Assembly (NCBI GenBank): GCA_035353775.1
Contig: DAOQAF010000008.1
Coordinates: 465 to 64,464, forward strand
Reading direction: 5' to 3'
Length of the DNA: 64,000 nucleotides
DNA from: Bacteroidales bacterium
Lineage (GTDB): Bacteria > Bacteroidota > Bacteroidia > Bacteroidales > CAIWKO01
Shown here: one piece after another, positions 10,529 through 20,552 of the stretch
Layout of the letters: each line of letters begins with the position of its first letter
Position numbering within the stretch: position 1 is the stretch's first letter
Made by a program: the position numbers and the translations under genes
The notes under the pieces: generated by a model
Database searches by the model: none
The model's input: the letters and a program-made list of their open reading frames with translations, nothing else
Told to the model about the DNA's origin: nothing

Positions 10529-10678
10529 ACTCCGTTAGGAGTTTAATATCAATAGAAAAGAAATTTAAAAAACATGGATTCTCCTTTAGGAGATTGACAT
10601 TTTAATAATTGTATATGTCCTACAGACAAAATATTTCACATTTTTTGTTTTTCTATTGATATTAATTGCCTAAGGCAA
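10529..10678. repeat. 150-bp element flanked by 17-bp perfect (about 28-bp imperfect) inverted repeats; candidate inverton or MITE
   Basis: ttaatatcaatagaaaa (10543-10559) is the exact reverse complement of ttttctattgatattaa (10649-10665). Each arm is extended outward by a mini-palindrome: actccgttaggagt on the left and ttgcctaaggcaa on the right. Confidence 0.7.
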
Positions 10679-10742
10679 CTATTAATAGATTGATGATTAC
10701 ATTTTGACTAAAAGGCAATTCCCGAATTATCCTGAACTCAGG

Positions 10743-11717
10743 TTAATAGTATTGTTTGTTCATCAGGTAAGACCTGACGTAGTCTTCAATACCTTCTTCC
10801 AGTGAAGCAAAACCGAGATCATAACCGGCAGAAATTAGTTTATTCATTTTGGCTTCGGTAAAATACTGATATTTATCACGGATATCAAGAGGCGTATCAA
10901 TAAAGTCAACTTTGGGAGTCAGCCGCATCGCCATAAAAGTATTGGTAGCAAGGTCCCAGAATGTACGGGCCTGGCCGGTTCCCAAATTATATATCCCGGA
11001 TTTCTTTTGCGTGAGGTAAAAAAACAGGCATACCTTAACTACGTCTTTTACATAGATAAAATCGCGCATTTGCTTGCCATCTGCAAAGTTCGGGTTATGC
11101 GAGCGAAAAAGCTGCATGCACCCTGTTTCGTTGATTTGGTTAAAGGCATGAAAAACAACGGAGGCCATACGGCTTTTATGGTACTCATTAGGCCCGTAAA
11201 CATTGAAAAATTTCAACCCTGCCCAAAATGGCGGAGTATTTTTCTGAGTGATCACCCATTTGTCGAATTCATTTTTCGATTCACCGTATGGATTGAGCGG
11301 TTTCAGAAAAGGTATGAGATCGTCATCATCTATATAGCCGAATTCTCCCATGCCATAAGTAGCCGCCGACGAAGCGTACAGAAGCGGGATCTCAAACTCC
11401 GTACAAAGCTGCCACATGGTTTTGCTGTAATTCAGGTTGAGGGTGTCGAAGATAGTCTTATCAAATTCCGCCGTATCGGTGCGGGCGCCAAGATGAAAAA
11501 CAAACTCAACTTCTTTATAATTTTCGCGCAGCCACGGGAAAAAAACATCTCGCTGAATGTGCTTTGAATAGGCTTTTCCTTTAATGTTATCCAACTTGTA
11601 ACCCTTATGAAAATCATCGACAATAATAATGTCTTTGATCCCTTTATTATTGAGTTTGGCCACCATGCAACTGCCGATAAATCCTGCAGCGCCAGTAACT
11701 ACAATAAATTTATTCAT
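10743..11717 (-). CDS. hldD: ADP-L-glycero-D-manno-heptose 6-epimerase-like NAD-dependent epimerase
   Basis: 324 aa. It has the Rossmann motif VTGAAGFIGS and the LYASSAATYG block shared with E. coli HldD/RfaD, and similar length. Confidence 0.8.
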   Translation of the reverse strand: MNKFIVVTGAAGFIGSCMVAKLNNKGIKDIIIVDDFHKGYKLDNIKGKAYSKHIQRDVFFPWLRENYKEVEFVFHLGARTDTAEFDKTIFDTLNLNYSKTMWQLCTEFEIPLLYASSAATYGMGEFGYIDDDDLIPFLKPLNPYGESKNEFDKWVITQKNTPPFWAGLKFFNVYGPNEYHKSRMASVVFHAFNQINETGCMQLFRSHNPNFADGKQMRDFIYVKDVVKVCLFFYLTQKKSGIYNLGTGQARTFWDLATNTFMAMRLTPKVDFIDTPLDIRDKYQYFTEAKMNKLISAGYDLGFASLEEGIEDYVRSYLMNKQYY

Positions 11718-11800
11718 CTTGTCTTTTCTTATAATTTGTGATCTTTTTAAAACCGGAAAAACTTAATTAATCTGCAGCAACCAACGGTTAAAGGCTGGTC

Positions 11801-14800
11801 CTACTGTCCAAGCCCATGACAGCTTTTATATTTTTTCCCGCTTCCGCAAGGACAAGGATCGTTTCTCCCCACTTTTTTCTCTGCTTTTACAGGTTCGGTC
11901 CTTTGTACTTCGCTGGTACGCTGGTTTCTTGCCTGTTCCATGCCTTCATCGCGGCCTGCTTTCAGGTTGCTCATATCTGTCTTACTCTGTCTGGCTTCCT
12001 GAATATTATCAGCACTCCTGAAGGGCAAGTTGCCTTTTACCAAAAATGACACTATATCCTTACTGATTTTCTGCCACATAACATCGAACAATTGATGCGA
12101 CTCCTTTTTATAAATCAGTAATGGATCCTTTTGTTCGTAAGTTGCATTTTGCACTGATTGTTTGAGATCGTCCATTTCACGCAAATGCTCTTTCCATGCA
12201 TCATCAATGATTGCCAGTGATATCCCCTTTTCAATAGCCAGGGTTACATCTTTGCCTTTATTTTCATAAGACTTGCGAAGGTTGGCCACTACCTGAAGCG
12301 TCTTCGTCCCGTCTGTAATAGGAATGGCAATGTTTTCGTAACGCTTCGGGTTGTTCTCATAAACATCTTTTATGATAGGATACGACTGACTTGCTATTAT
12401 TTCAGATTTGTGGCGATAATTAGAATAGCCCAGTTCGTAAAGCTCATCTGTTAACTTTTCCGAATTAGAACCGAAAAATTCTTTTTCATTAAAAGGCGTT
12501 TCTATCCCAAAGTTACGGAGAAGGTCGAGCTTGAAAGCCTCAAAATCGCGCTCAGCCTGATGTTCGGCAACAATATTCTGACAAACATCATAAAACATGT
12601 CGGCGATATCCATAGCAAGGCGGTCGCCGTATAAGCCGTGACGTCTTTTCGAATAAATTACCTCACGCTGTTTATTCATCACATCGTCATATTCGAGGAG
12701 TCTTTTACGTATGCCAAAGTTGTTTTCTTCCACCTTTATCTGGGCACGTTCAATTGATTTGGTAATCATACTGTGCTGAATGACCTCCCCTTCTTTCAAC
12801 CCCATAGTGTCCATGACGCGTGCAATACGTTCCGACCCGAACAAACGCATCAGGTCATCTTCGAGCGAGACGAAAAACTGTGACGTGCCCGGGTCTCCCT
12901 GACGCCCGGAACGCCCGCGCAACTGCCTGTCAACACGCCGCGATTCGTGACGTTCGGTACCTATGATGGCCAGCCCTCCGGCATCCTTCACTCCCGGTCC
13001 GAGCTTGATGTCCGTACCACGGCCCGCCATGTTGGTAGCGATGGTCACCGTACCTGCAAAACCAGCCTCTGCGACAATATCAGCTTCTTTCTGGTGAAGT
13101 TTTGCGTTTAGCACATTATGCCTGATCTTACGGAGCTTAAGCATCTTACTCAGCAACTCGGATATTTCTACTGAGGTAGTACCCACCAGAACAGGACGGC
13201 CCTTACTAACAAGATCCTCTATCTCGGCAATAACAGCATTATATTTTTCTCTTTTTGTTTTATAAACAAGATCCTGAAAATCTTTACGGACAACCGGCTT
13301 GTTGGTAGGAACAACAACAACATCGAGTTTGTAAATATTCCACAACTCCCCTGCTTCCGTTTCGGCAGTACCGGTCATACCTGCCAGCTTTTTATACATA
13401 CGGAAATAGTTCTGCAAGGTAATCGTTGCATAGGTCTGTGTGGCAGCTTCAATTTTTACATTTTCCTTTGCTTCCACGGCCTGATGCAAGCCATCCGACC
13501 ACCTCCTGCCTTCCATGATACGCCCGGTCTGCTCATCAACAATTTTTACTTTATTATCAATGATTACGTAATCCACATCAATCTCAAAAAGTGAATATGC
13601 TTTTAAAAGCTGTGTTACCGTATGTACGCGCTCTGATTTGAGTTCATATTCCTGAAGTAATTCATTCTTACGGGCAAGGCGGTCATTTTCTGACAGATTA
13701 TGTTTTTCGAGTTCTGCAATTTCATTTCCAATGTCGGGCAGAATAAAGAAACGCGGATCATCGGTTCCTGAAGTGATAAGGTCAATACCTTTATCCGTAA
13801 GGTCCACGGAATTATTTTTTTCGTCGATAACAAAATAAAGCTCATCATCAATGATATGCATGTGCTTGCTTTGCTCCGCCATATAAAAATTTTCAGTTTT
13901 CTGCATCAGGGCACGCATCCCCGGCTCGCTGAGGAATTTTATCAGCGCTTTATTTTTCGACAAACCATGATGAGCACGAAGCAACAACACCCCGCCCTGT
14001 TTCTCGTTTTCGGGACTCAGCGGCTCCTGCGATAAAAGTCTTTTTGCATCTGCCAGTATCGTGGTAACTAGGTTGCGCTGGGCATTATATACTTTCTGAA
14101 CATTCGGGCGGAAATCTTCGAATAACTGGTTTTCACCTTTGGGTGTAGGCCCTGAAATAATAAGCGGCGTCCGGGCATCATCGATCAAAACGGAGTCGAC
14201 CTCATCCACGATGGCATAATTGTGCTGGCGCTGAACAAGTTCTTCGGGTGAGCGGGTCATGTTATCCCTCAGGTAATCAAAACCGAATTCATTATTTGTT
14301 CCGTAGGTTATATCAGCAAGGTAGGCTTTTCTGCGATCATCAGAGTTCGGCTCATGCCTGTCGATGCAATCTACGGTGAGTCCGTGGAAAAGAAATAACA
14401 TGCCCATCCATTCAGAGTCGCGTCGTGCAAGGTAATCGTTAACGGTTACAATATGCACGCCCTTGCCGGGTAAAGCATTCAGGTAAATCGGCAAGGTGGC
14501 TACAAGAGTTTTTCCTTCACCGGTGGCCATTTCGGCAATTTTGCCCTGGTGCAGTACCATACCTCCAATAAGCTGAACATCATAATGCACCATATCCCAT
14601 CGTATCATATTTCCGCCGGCCATCCACGAAGTATTAAAATAAGCCTTATCGCCCTCGATGTTAATACTGTCGAATTTCGCTGCAAGATCGCCATCCATCG
14701 GGGTAGCGGTAACCTCAACTTTTTCCGATTCTTTAAATCTTTTAGCTGTCTCTTTTATCACAGAAAAAGCTTCGGGAAGTAGCTCATTAAGTATTTCCTG

Positions 14801-15100
14801 TGTTTTTTCGTAGATCTTTTTTTCGAGGCGGTCGATCTCGTGATAAATCTCCTCCTTATCATCAATAGAAACCGTTTCGTCATTTTCAGCCTTATCCTTA
14901 AGAGCAGCCATCTCCTGCTCTTCTTCCACAATATATTCTTTTATGCGTTCTCGAAATTCAGTAGTTTTCGCCCGAAGCCCATCGTTCGACAGTTTGGAAA
15001 TACTTTCATAAACCTCAAGAGTTTTATCCAGCTCTGGCTTCATACTTTTAATATCACGTTCTGATTTTGAGCCTAATAAAAATTTTAAAAAATTAGCCAT
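11801..15100 (-). CDS. secA: Preprotein translocase ATPase SecA
   Basis: 1099 aa with Walker [14 protein letters not shown], and the C-terminal zinc-binding tail [14 protein letters not shown]. Confidence 0.97.
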   Translation of the reverse strand: MANFLKFLLGSKSERDIKSMKPELDKTLEVYESISKLSNDGLRAKTTEFRERIKEYIVEEEQEMAALKDKAENDETVSIDDKEEIYHEIDRLEKKIYEKTQEILNELLPEAFSVIKETAKRFKESEKVEVTATPMDGDLAAKFDSINIEGDKAYFNTSWMAGGNMIRWDMVHYDVQLIGGMVLHQGKIAEMATGEGKTLVATLPIYLNALPGKGVHIVTVNDYLARRDSEWMGMLFLFHGLTVDCIDRHEPNSDDRRKAYLADITYGTNNEFGFDYLRDNMTRSPEELVQRQHNYAIVDEVDSVLIDDARTPLIISGPTPKGENQLFEDFRPNVQKVYNAQRNLVTTILADAKRLLSQEPLSPENEKQGGVLLLRAHHGLSKNKALIKFLSEPGMRALMQKTENFYMAEQSKHMHIIDDELYFVIDEKNNSVDLTDKGIDLITSGTDDPRFFILPDIGNEIAELEKHNLSENDRLARKNELLQEYELKSERVHTVTQLLKAYSLFEIDVDYVIIDNKVKIVDEQTGRIMEGRRWSDGLHQAVEAKENVKIEAATQTYATITLQNYFRMYKKLAGMTGTAETEAGELWNIYKLDVVVVPTNKPVVRKDFQDLVYKTKREKYNAVIAEIEDLVSKGRPVLVGTTSVEISELLSKMLKLRKIRHNVLNAKLHQKEADIVAEAGFAGTVTIATNMAGRGTDIKLGPGVKDAGGLAIIGTERHESRRVDRQLRGRSGRQGDPGTSQFFVSLEDDLMRLFGSERIARVMDTMGLKEGEVIQHSMITKSIERAQIKVEENNFGIRKRLLEYDDVMNKQREVIYSKRRHGLYGDRLAMDIADMFYDVCQNIVAEHQAERDFEAFKLDLLRNFGIETPFNEKEFFGSNSEKLTDELYELGYSNYRHKSEIIASQSYPIIKDVYENNPKRYENIAIPITDGTKTLQVVANLRKSYENKGKDVTLAIEKGISLAIIDDAWKEHLREMDDLKQSVQNATYEQKDPLLIYKKESHQLFDVMWQKISKDIVSFLVKGNLPFRSADNIQEARQSKTDMSNLKAGRDEGMEQARNQRTSEVQRTEPVKAEKKVGRNDPCPCGSGKKYKSCHGLGQ

Positions 15101-15127
15101 ATAACATTATTATAGTAAAATGATTGG

Positions 15128-15135
15128 CAAAAATA
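15128..15135 (-). promoter_or_regulatory. -7 promoter motif (TATTTTTG) upstream of secA
   Basis: The reverse complement of caaaaata fits TAnnTTTG. It lies 28 nt upstream of the start codon. Confidence 0.35.
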
Positions 15136-15209
15136 CACAAAATGCATGACTATATTTTGAAATTAAAAAATTAATAGTGTTTTCATTTTGCTGTTATAAT
15201 TATTATTGA

Positions 15210-15217
15210 TACTTTTG
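15210..15217 (+). promoter_or_regulatory. -7 promoter motif (TACTTTTG) for the rpsF-rpsR-rplI operon
   Basis: TAnnTTTG match with a TTTG (-33-like) about 20 nt upstream at 15187-15190. It lies 54 nt upstream of the rpsF start. Confidence 0.5.
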
Positions 15218-15270
15218 CACTCCCAAATTTGGGAATATTATAATTTATTAATTATTAAACAATCAAGGAA

Positions 15271-15618
15271 ATGACAAAACATTATGAAACCGTTTTCATT
15301 TTAACTCCCGTTTTATCTGAAGATCAGGTAAAGGAAGCGGTAAAGAAATATCATGATTTCCTTTTAGAAAAAAAAGCGGAAATCGTGGTATCGGAAAGTT
15401 GGGGCCTTCGCAAACTTGCCTACCCCATTCAAAAAAAATCTTCAGGGTTTTACCAACTGATTGAGTTCACCTCAGAACCCAACGTTATTGCTGATCTGGA
15501 AATTGCCTTCAAACGCGACGAAAGGCTCATTCGTTTTCTCACCATATCGCTCGACAAACATGCTGTAGCGTACAGAGAAAGAAAACGTGCAGAAAAGCTC
15601 AACAAAGAAAAAGTGTAA
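15271..15618 (+). CDS. rpsF: 30S ribosomal protein S6
   Basis: 115 aa. The N-terminus [13 protein letters not shown] is typical of S6, and the conserved S6-S18-L9 gene order is present. Confidence 0.92.
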   Translation: MTKHYETVFILTPVLSEDQVKEAVKKYHDFLLEKKAEIVVSESWGLRKLAYPIQKKSSGFYQLIEFTSEPNVIADLEIAFKRDERLIRFLTISLDKHAVAYRERKRAEKLNKEKV

Positions 15619-15648
15619 TCGTAACGTAAACCCAAAAACATTAAAACC

Positions 15649-15918
15649 ATGGCACAAGCAGACAGCGAAATAAGATATTTAACCCCTATTAACGTAGACG
15701 TTAAAAAGAAAAAATATTGCCGTTTCAAAAAACACGGCATAAAATTTATCGATTATAAAGACGCAGATTTCTTATTGAAATTCATAAACGAACAAGGTAA
15801 AATTTTACCACGCCGCCTCACCGGAACTTCTTTAAAATATCAGCGGAAATTGGCTAAAGCTATTAAAAGAGCACGGCATCTGGCTTTATTACCTTACGTT
15901 GCCGATTTATTAAAATAA
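15649..15918 (+). CDS. rpsR: 30S ribosomal protein S18
   Basis: 89 aa with the KKYCRF...IDYKD...LPRRLTG signature of S18. Confidence 0.92.
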   Translation: MAQADSEIRYLTPINVDVKKKKYCRFKKHGIKFIDYKDADFLLKFINEQGKILPRRLTGTSLKYQRKLAKAIKRARHLALLPYVADLLK

Positions 15919-15930
15919 GGAGGAATAAAT

Positions 15931-16380
15931 ATGAAAGTGATTTTAAAACAAGATGTAACCAACTTAGGTTATACCAACGAAATAGTAAAGGTAAAAAACG
16001 GATATGCCCGGAATTATCTTATTCCCCAAGGGATTGCGATCATGTTCACGCCTTCTTCTGAAAAAGAACATACTGAATTGATGAAACAGAGAACTTTTAA
16101 AGAAGAAAAGATACGCAAACAATCTGAAACTCTTGCCAAAGCCCTCGAAAACCTCACGGTTAAGATTGGCGCAAAAGCTGCAACTACAGGTAAGATTTTC
16201 GGTTCTGTCAATGCTATCCAGATCGCGGATGCTATAAAAGCCCAGTTCAACTACGATATCGACCGTAAAAAGATCATTGTTGACGGAGAAAGTGTCAAAG
16301 AATTAGGCACTTATTCAGCGAAAATAAATATCTATAAAGACATCAAGGTAGATATCAAATTTGAAGTCGTAGCCGAATAA
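15931..16380 (+). CDS. rplI: 50S ribosomal protein L9
   Basis: 149 aa. MKVILKQDV.NLG...V.VKNGYARNYLIPQG is the L9 N-terminal domain. Confidence 0.92.
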   Translation: MKVILKQDVTNLGYTNEIVKVKNGYARNYLIPQGIAIMFTPSSEKEHTELMKQRTFKEEKIRKQSETLAKALENLTVKIGAKAATTGKIFGSVNAIQIADAIKAQFNYDIDRKKIIVDGESVKELGTYSAKINIYKDIKVDIKFEVVAE

Positions 16381-16410
16381 CGAATTTTTTTTCTGATTGG
16401 TTATTATTAT

Positions 16411-16441
16411 AAAAATCCCGGCTTTATTGCCGGGATTTTTT
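16411..16441 (+). terminator. Rho-independent terminator after rplI
   Basis: 8-bp stem atcccggc / gccgggat with loop tttatt, followed by a T-run. Confidence 0.8.
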
Positions 16442-16456
16442 ATTTTTGTACCTGCC

Positions 16457-17236
16457 ATGCTGACAAAAAACACCATTAAATACATCAAGTCATTATCTTC
16501 AAAAAAATTTCGTGAAATCCACGGCAGTTTTATTGCTGAGGGGCCTAAGATCGTTGAGGATATGGCTTGCAGCGCATTAAAAATTGAAAAGCTATTTGCT
16601 ACACAACAATGGTTAGATGAAAATGTAAGCCTGACCAAAAACATCAATGACGTTTTTTGTGTTACCGCAAAAGAACTATCATCCATAAGTTTGCTCACCA
16701 CGCCAAATCAGGTTCTCACCACAGTCAAGATACCTGAGCCGGTTTTCGACCTGCACCTTGCCGAACAAGCACTGGTTATCACTCTCGACGACATACGCGA
16801 TCCCGGCAACCTGGGCACCATAATCCGGATAGCCGACTGGTTTGGATTTAAACACATACTTTGTTCCGAAACATCCGTGGATGCCTACAACCCGAAATGT
16901 ATACAGGCCACCATGGGTTCTGTGGCACGGGTCAATATTTACTACGAAAACGTGCAGGAAATTTTAAAACAATGCTCAGGTAGTACCCAGATATATGGAG
17001 CATTCCTGAGCGGAGACAATATATACAATGGTCAACTTGAAAACAAAGGTTTTTTAATAATCGGCAACGAAGCGAACGGTATTACGCCTGAAATTGAAAA
17101 ACTTGTAAAAAAACGTTTATTTATACCTTCAACTAATGATTCCGCCACCCATGCAGAATCGCTGAATGCCTCGGCAGCAACGGCAATAATCTGTTCTGAA
17201 TTTTTCAGACGATCAATTAATCAACGAACCAAATAA
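16457..17236 (+). CDS. TrmH/SpoU-family RNA 2'-O-methyltransferase
   Basis: C-terminal SpoU methylase blocks are present (DPGNLGTIIR, LIIGNEANG, ESLNAS). The start is trimmed from 16397 to MLTKNTIKY because the longer ORF would run through the rplI terminator hairpin. Confidence 0.75.
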   Translation: MLTKNTIKYIKSLSSKKFREIHGSFIAEGPKIVEDMACSALKIEKLFATQQWLDENVSLTKNINDVFCVTAKELSSISLLTTPNQVLTTVKIPEPVFDLHLAEQALVITLDDIRDPGNLGTIIRIADWFGFKHILCSETSVDAYNPKCIQATMGSVARVNIYYENVQEILKQCSGSTQIYGAFLSGDNIYNGQLENKGFLIIGNEANGITPEIEKLVKKRLFIPSTNDSATHAESLNASAATAIICSEFFRRSINQRTK

Positions 17237-17237
17237 A

Positions 17238-18362
17238 ATGAAATATTATATCATTGCCGGTGAAGCTTCGGGCGATCTGCACGCATCCAACCTGATGGTT
17301 GAGATCAAAAAAAACGACCCTGAAGCAAAATTCCGATGCTGGGGCGGAGACCTGATGAAAGCCCAGGGTGCAGAAATAGTAAAGCATATCAGCGAAATTT
17401 CTTTTATGGGATTTGCAGAGGTATTGTCAAACCTGAGCACTATTCTCCGTAATATGCGTTTTTGTAAATCTGATATTGACAAATTCAATCCAGATACCCT
17501 TATTTTGGTCGATTACCCGGGATTTAACCTGAAAATAGCTGATTATGCCCATCAGAAAGGACACAAAGTGATCTACTATGTATCTCCACAGATATGGGCA
17601 TGGAAACAATCCCGCGTTCATCAGATCAAAAAGAACGTTGACAAGATGATGGTGATACTGCCGTTTGAAAAGGAATTCTATGAACGTTTTGATTATCACG
17701 CAGAATATGTCGGACACCCCTTATTAGATGCTATTGAAAACTATAAAAAAAACAATTCCTGTTTAAATTTCAGGGCTGAAAACAACCTGAGCGAAAAGCC
17801 TGTCGTTGCATTGCTTCCCGGTAGCCGAAAGCAGGAAATATCGCGCATGATGAAAATAATGATCTCGGTCTGTGAAAATTTCAAGGACGCCCAGTTTGTC
17901 ATTGCCGGCGCCCCATCCATAAGCCCGGAATATTATGCTGAACTTATCCGGGAAAAAGATGTGAAAATTGTATATAACAGGACGTATGATCTGCTGATGA
18001 ACGCTGCGGCAGCCTTGGTAACATCAGGGACAGCCACCCTTGAAACGGCCTTATTTGACGTGCCGGAAGTTGTTTGCTACAAAGGTTCCTGGTTTTCATA
18101 CATGATTGCAAGGATAGTCATCAAAGTCAAATACATCTCCCTGGTAAACCTTATTGCGGATAAAAAAATTGTGACTGAGTTAATACAGACTGAACTCAAC
18201 AAGGCCAATCTCAACAAAGAATTACAAAGCCTGCTTTATAAAACAGAACACGTCAGACAATTAAAAAACGAATACTTTCTTTTAAGAGAAAAACTTGGCA
18301 ACAGCGGAGCGTCCCAAAAAGCTGCCGCTGTCGTCAACAATTTTCTGAAATCAGATCAGTAG
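17238..18362 (+). CDS. lpxB: Lipid-A-disaccharide synthase
   Basis: 374 aa. The N-terminus reads MKYYIIAGEASGDLHASNLM, and the YVSPQIWAWK and LLPGSR blocks are characteristic of LpxB. Confidence 0.9.
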   Translation: MKYYIIAGEASGDLHASNLMVEIKKNDPEAKFRCWGGDLMKAQGAEIVKHISEISFMGFAEVLSNLSTILRNMRFCKSDIDKFNPDTLILVDYPGFNLKIADYAHQKGHKVIYYVSPQIWAWKQSRVHQIKKNVDKMMVILPFEKEFYERFDYHAEYVGHPLLDAIENYKKNNSCLNFRAENNLSEKPVVALLPGSRKQEISRMMKIMISVCENFKDAQFVIAGAPSISPEYYAELIREKDVKIVYNRTYDLLMNAAAALVTSGTATLETALFDVPEVVCYKGSWFSYMIARIVIKVKYISLVNLIADKKIVTELIQTELNKANLNKELQSLLYKTEHVRQLKNEYFLLREKLGNSGASQKAAAVVNNFLKSDQ

Positions 18363-19669
18363 CCTTTTACATACTCCTCAAGATATTTATATTCGGGCGT
18401 AAACTCTCCCTTATGAAGGACCATACCTTTCTTTATTGCCCTGGGCAGATCGAGGTCTTCAAACGGCAGATCGAAATCAGCATTAGCTATCGGCTTTATG
18501 AAGTTTATCAGCATATCGCCAAATGAAGCCGATGAATCGCGCGGAAGTTCGCTCGGAAGTATAGATACAGCCATAACAAGAATGCCGTTGCCTTCATGTC
18601 CCATTTTATAAGTGTCGGTCAGCGGGTCATATACAAAAACAGGATCTTCAATATGGGTCCCGTCATGTGTACATTCTATCGAGCCGTTAGGGTCGCAGGT
18701 AATATCCCCGATAACCGTAAGCTTTGGCTGCCCTTTGGAATAAAGTTTTTTAAGATATTCTTTTGTTACGATCCTAGGCCCAAGAGGATTCCAGTACATG
18801 CAATTCATCAGCACGGTCAAATGCGGAATATACTGTTCGAATTTACTTTTATAATCCTGCGGGTTTGCATAGAAATCATGCAGATCAAACTCTTTTCCTT
18901 CCTTGTGCTCATAAATATCCTCTTCCTTGAAAACAACCTTGTAAATGATGTTATTAGGTAAATGGTGCCTGAGTTTTAATGTCAGTAGTTTTTCGGGAGA
19001 TATTTCCTTTACCGGTAACAACCCTAGAATTTCCTGAGCGCCGTTCGAAACATTGCCATATCCGGTAAAACCGACAACAAATGGTTTCAAGCCTTCGGTA
19101 AGGCCGTCTTCCGATATCTTCTGCCCTATTTGGGAGATAATGTCTTTTGCTTCTTTTAGTGAATTGTATTTATAGGATTGCTTCACCTTGGTAAGCTTGT
19201 TATCAATGCCAAATTCTTTAAGCCTTGCGCCTAAAGACCACATCGAGTTTATCATGCCCGCAAGGCCTGCGTACCTTCCAAAAAAAATCAGTCGTTTTCC
19301 CTGTTCATCCACAATTTTTTCATAATCGATAAGGTTACATCTCATGTCAATCATTTTGCGAAGCATCGGCATATTGTAGGGTTGGCCCTTTATCACATGT
19401 GAAAAGAATACATAGGTTTTTTCATTCTCAAAAAGATCTTCGGGCATTTCTTTTATCCCAAGAATGATATCACATTTTTTCATGTCCCTGGCAATCTTTG
19501 CACCGGCTTTTATGTATTCGTCATCAGAAAATACCCTTTTGTCGGATGTCTGAACTATAAAATCGAGCTTGTGATGTTGAATTAACCTTTCGATATGTTT
19601 TGGTGTCAAAGGTGCACGGCGTTCCATCAGGTATTTATCTTCGTGCCTGATTCCTATATATTTACTCAT
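18356..19669 (-). CDS. Lysine-ketoglutarate-reductase / saccharopine-dehydrogenase-like (alanine dehydrogenase/PNT fold) protein
   Basis: 437 aa. The N-terminus IGIRHEDKYLMERRAPLTPKHI resembles the LKR domain start (R.ED...ERRAPL.P.H). The exact substrate is not determinable from sequence alone. Confidence 0.55.
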   Translation of the reverse strand: MSKYIGIRHEDKYLMERRAPLTPKHIERLIQHHKLDFIVQTSDKRVFSDDEYIKAGAKIARDMKKCDIILGIKEMPEDLFENEKTYVFFSHVIKGQPYNMPMLRKMIDMRCNLIDYEKIVDEQGKRLIFFGRYAGLAGMINSMWSLGARLKEFGIDNKLTKVKQSYKYNSLKEAKDIISQIGQKISEDGLTEGLKPFVVGFTGYGNVSNGAQEILGLLPVKEISPEKLLTLKLRHHLPNNIIYKVVFKEEDIYEHKEGKEFDLHDFYANPQDYKSKFEQYIPHLTVLMNCMYWNPLGPRIVTKEYLKKLYSKGQPKLTVIGDITCDPNGSIECTHDGTHIEDPVFVYDPLTDTYKMGHEGNGILVMAVSILPSELPRDSSASFGDMLINFIKPIANADFDLPFEDLDLPRAIKKGMVLHKGEFTPEYKYLEEYVKGY

Positions 19670-19791
19670 AATTAATTTTTTTACAAACGTACAAAAAAAA
19701 TTAATAATGAAATCAGAATCCGATAGTTTATGTTTTTTTGTTAATTTTTATATAAATAAATAAAAAAAACTTCAAAGTCAATAAAAATTGT

Positions 19792-19799
19792 TAATTTTG
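19792..19799 (+). promoter_or_regulatory. -7 promoter motif (TAATTTTG) upstream of the TetR gene
   Basis: TAnnTTTG match 51 nt upstream of the start. Confidence 0.35.
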
Positions 19800-19849
19800 T
19801 TGATTGAATAATATGAAGTTAATATTATATTAATAGTAAGACATTTGAG

Positions 19850-20437
19850 ATGAGAAAAAGTAAAATTAAACGGAGGTTACTTATCAGGGAAGGGTACAAA
19901 CTGATGAGAAAAAAAGGCTATCAGGGCACAAGCATTGATGAAATTGTAAATAATCTTAAAATTCCAAAAGGATCTTTCTACTACTATTTTAAGAATAAAG
20001 AAGATTTCGCCATGGACGTAATAGATTATTACACGGATATTACGACCAGAAAGATAGAAAAAACCCTTAGCGATCCAGCCGTTTCACCAAAACAAAGATT
20101 AATTAAATTATATTCCGATTACATCGACACTTATACCAATTATGGGGGTATTGTGTATGGAAACTTTGCGGCAAATATGGAACACGAGCTTGCTGAAAAA
20201 TCACCATACATTACCGAAAAGACCGAAAAATATTTTAATGATATAAAGGCAAATCACGTCAATTGTCTTCAACAGGCCAGGAAAGCAGGAGAAATTGACC
20301 GATCGCAGGATATTGAAAAGCTCACAACGCTCATCATATATTCCTGGGAGGGCGCTATTCTTCGTGCCAATAATGTCAAGAACATTAAATCCTTATTTAT
20401 TTTCCGCGAGCTTTTGCGTGATTTTATTTTAAAGTAG
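19850..20437 (+). CDS. TetR/AcrR-family transcriptional regulator
   Basis: 195 aa. The N-terminal HTH block GYQGTSIDEIVNNLKIPKGSFYYYFKNKEDF is a classic TetR signature. Confidence 0.85.
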   Translation: MRKSKIKRRLLIREGYKLMRKKGYQGTSIDEIVNNLKIPKGSFYYYFKNKEDFAMDVIDYYTDITTRKIEKTLSDPAVSPKQRLIKLYSDYIDTYTNYGGIVYGNFAANMEHELAEKSPYITEKTEKYFNDIKANHVNCLQQARKAGEIDRSQDIEKLTTLIIYSWEGAILRANNVKNIKSLFIFRELLRDFILK

Positions 20438-20473
20438 TTTTTCCGGGTTTTTTATCGGATATTTTCTTTTTTT

Positions 20474-20481
20474 TAATTTTG
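20474..20481 (+). promoter_or_regulatory. -7 promoter motif (TAATTTTG) upstream of 20553 gene
   Basis: TAnnTTTG match 72 nt upstream of the start. Confidence 0.3.
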
Positions 20482-20552
20482 GCACAGTGCTTGTAAACAC
20501 TCTCCAACAACTAAAAAATAATTTTTAATATTAACCAATAAAATTTAAGCTT

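Noticed and set aside
6430-10742. Calling the hldD-bracketed island an active mobile element (ICE/IME/transposon)
   Set aside because: There is no integrase, transposase, relaxase or excisionase ORF in or near it. Only the duplication footprint is observable, so it is reported as a finding and not annotated as a mobile_element feature.
16397-16456. N-terminal 20-codon extension of the TrmH-family ORF
   Set aside because: The extension is translated from the rplI terminator hairpin (atcccggc...gccgggat plus T-run). The internal Met at 16457 gives a normal N-terminus.
18356-18362. 7-nt convergent overlap of lpxB and the saccharopine-dehydrogenase-like gene
   Set aside because: Short 3'-end overlaps of convergent genes are common in compact genomes. 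No hairpin or other signal suggests a special mechanism.
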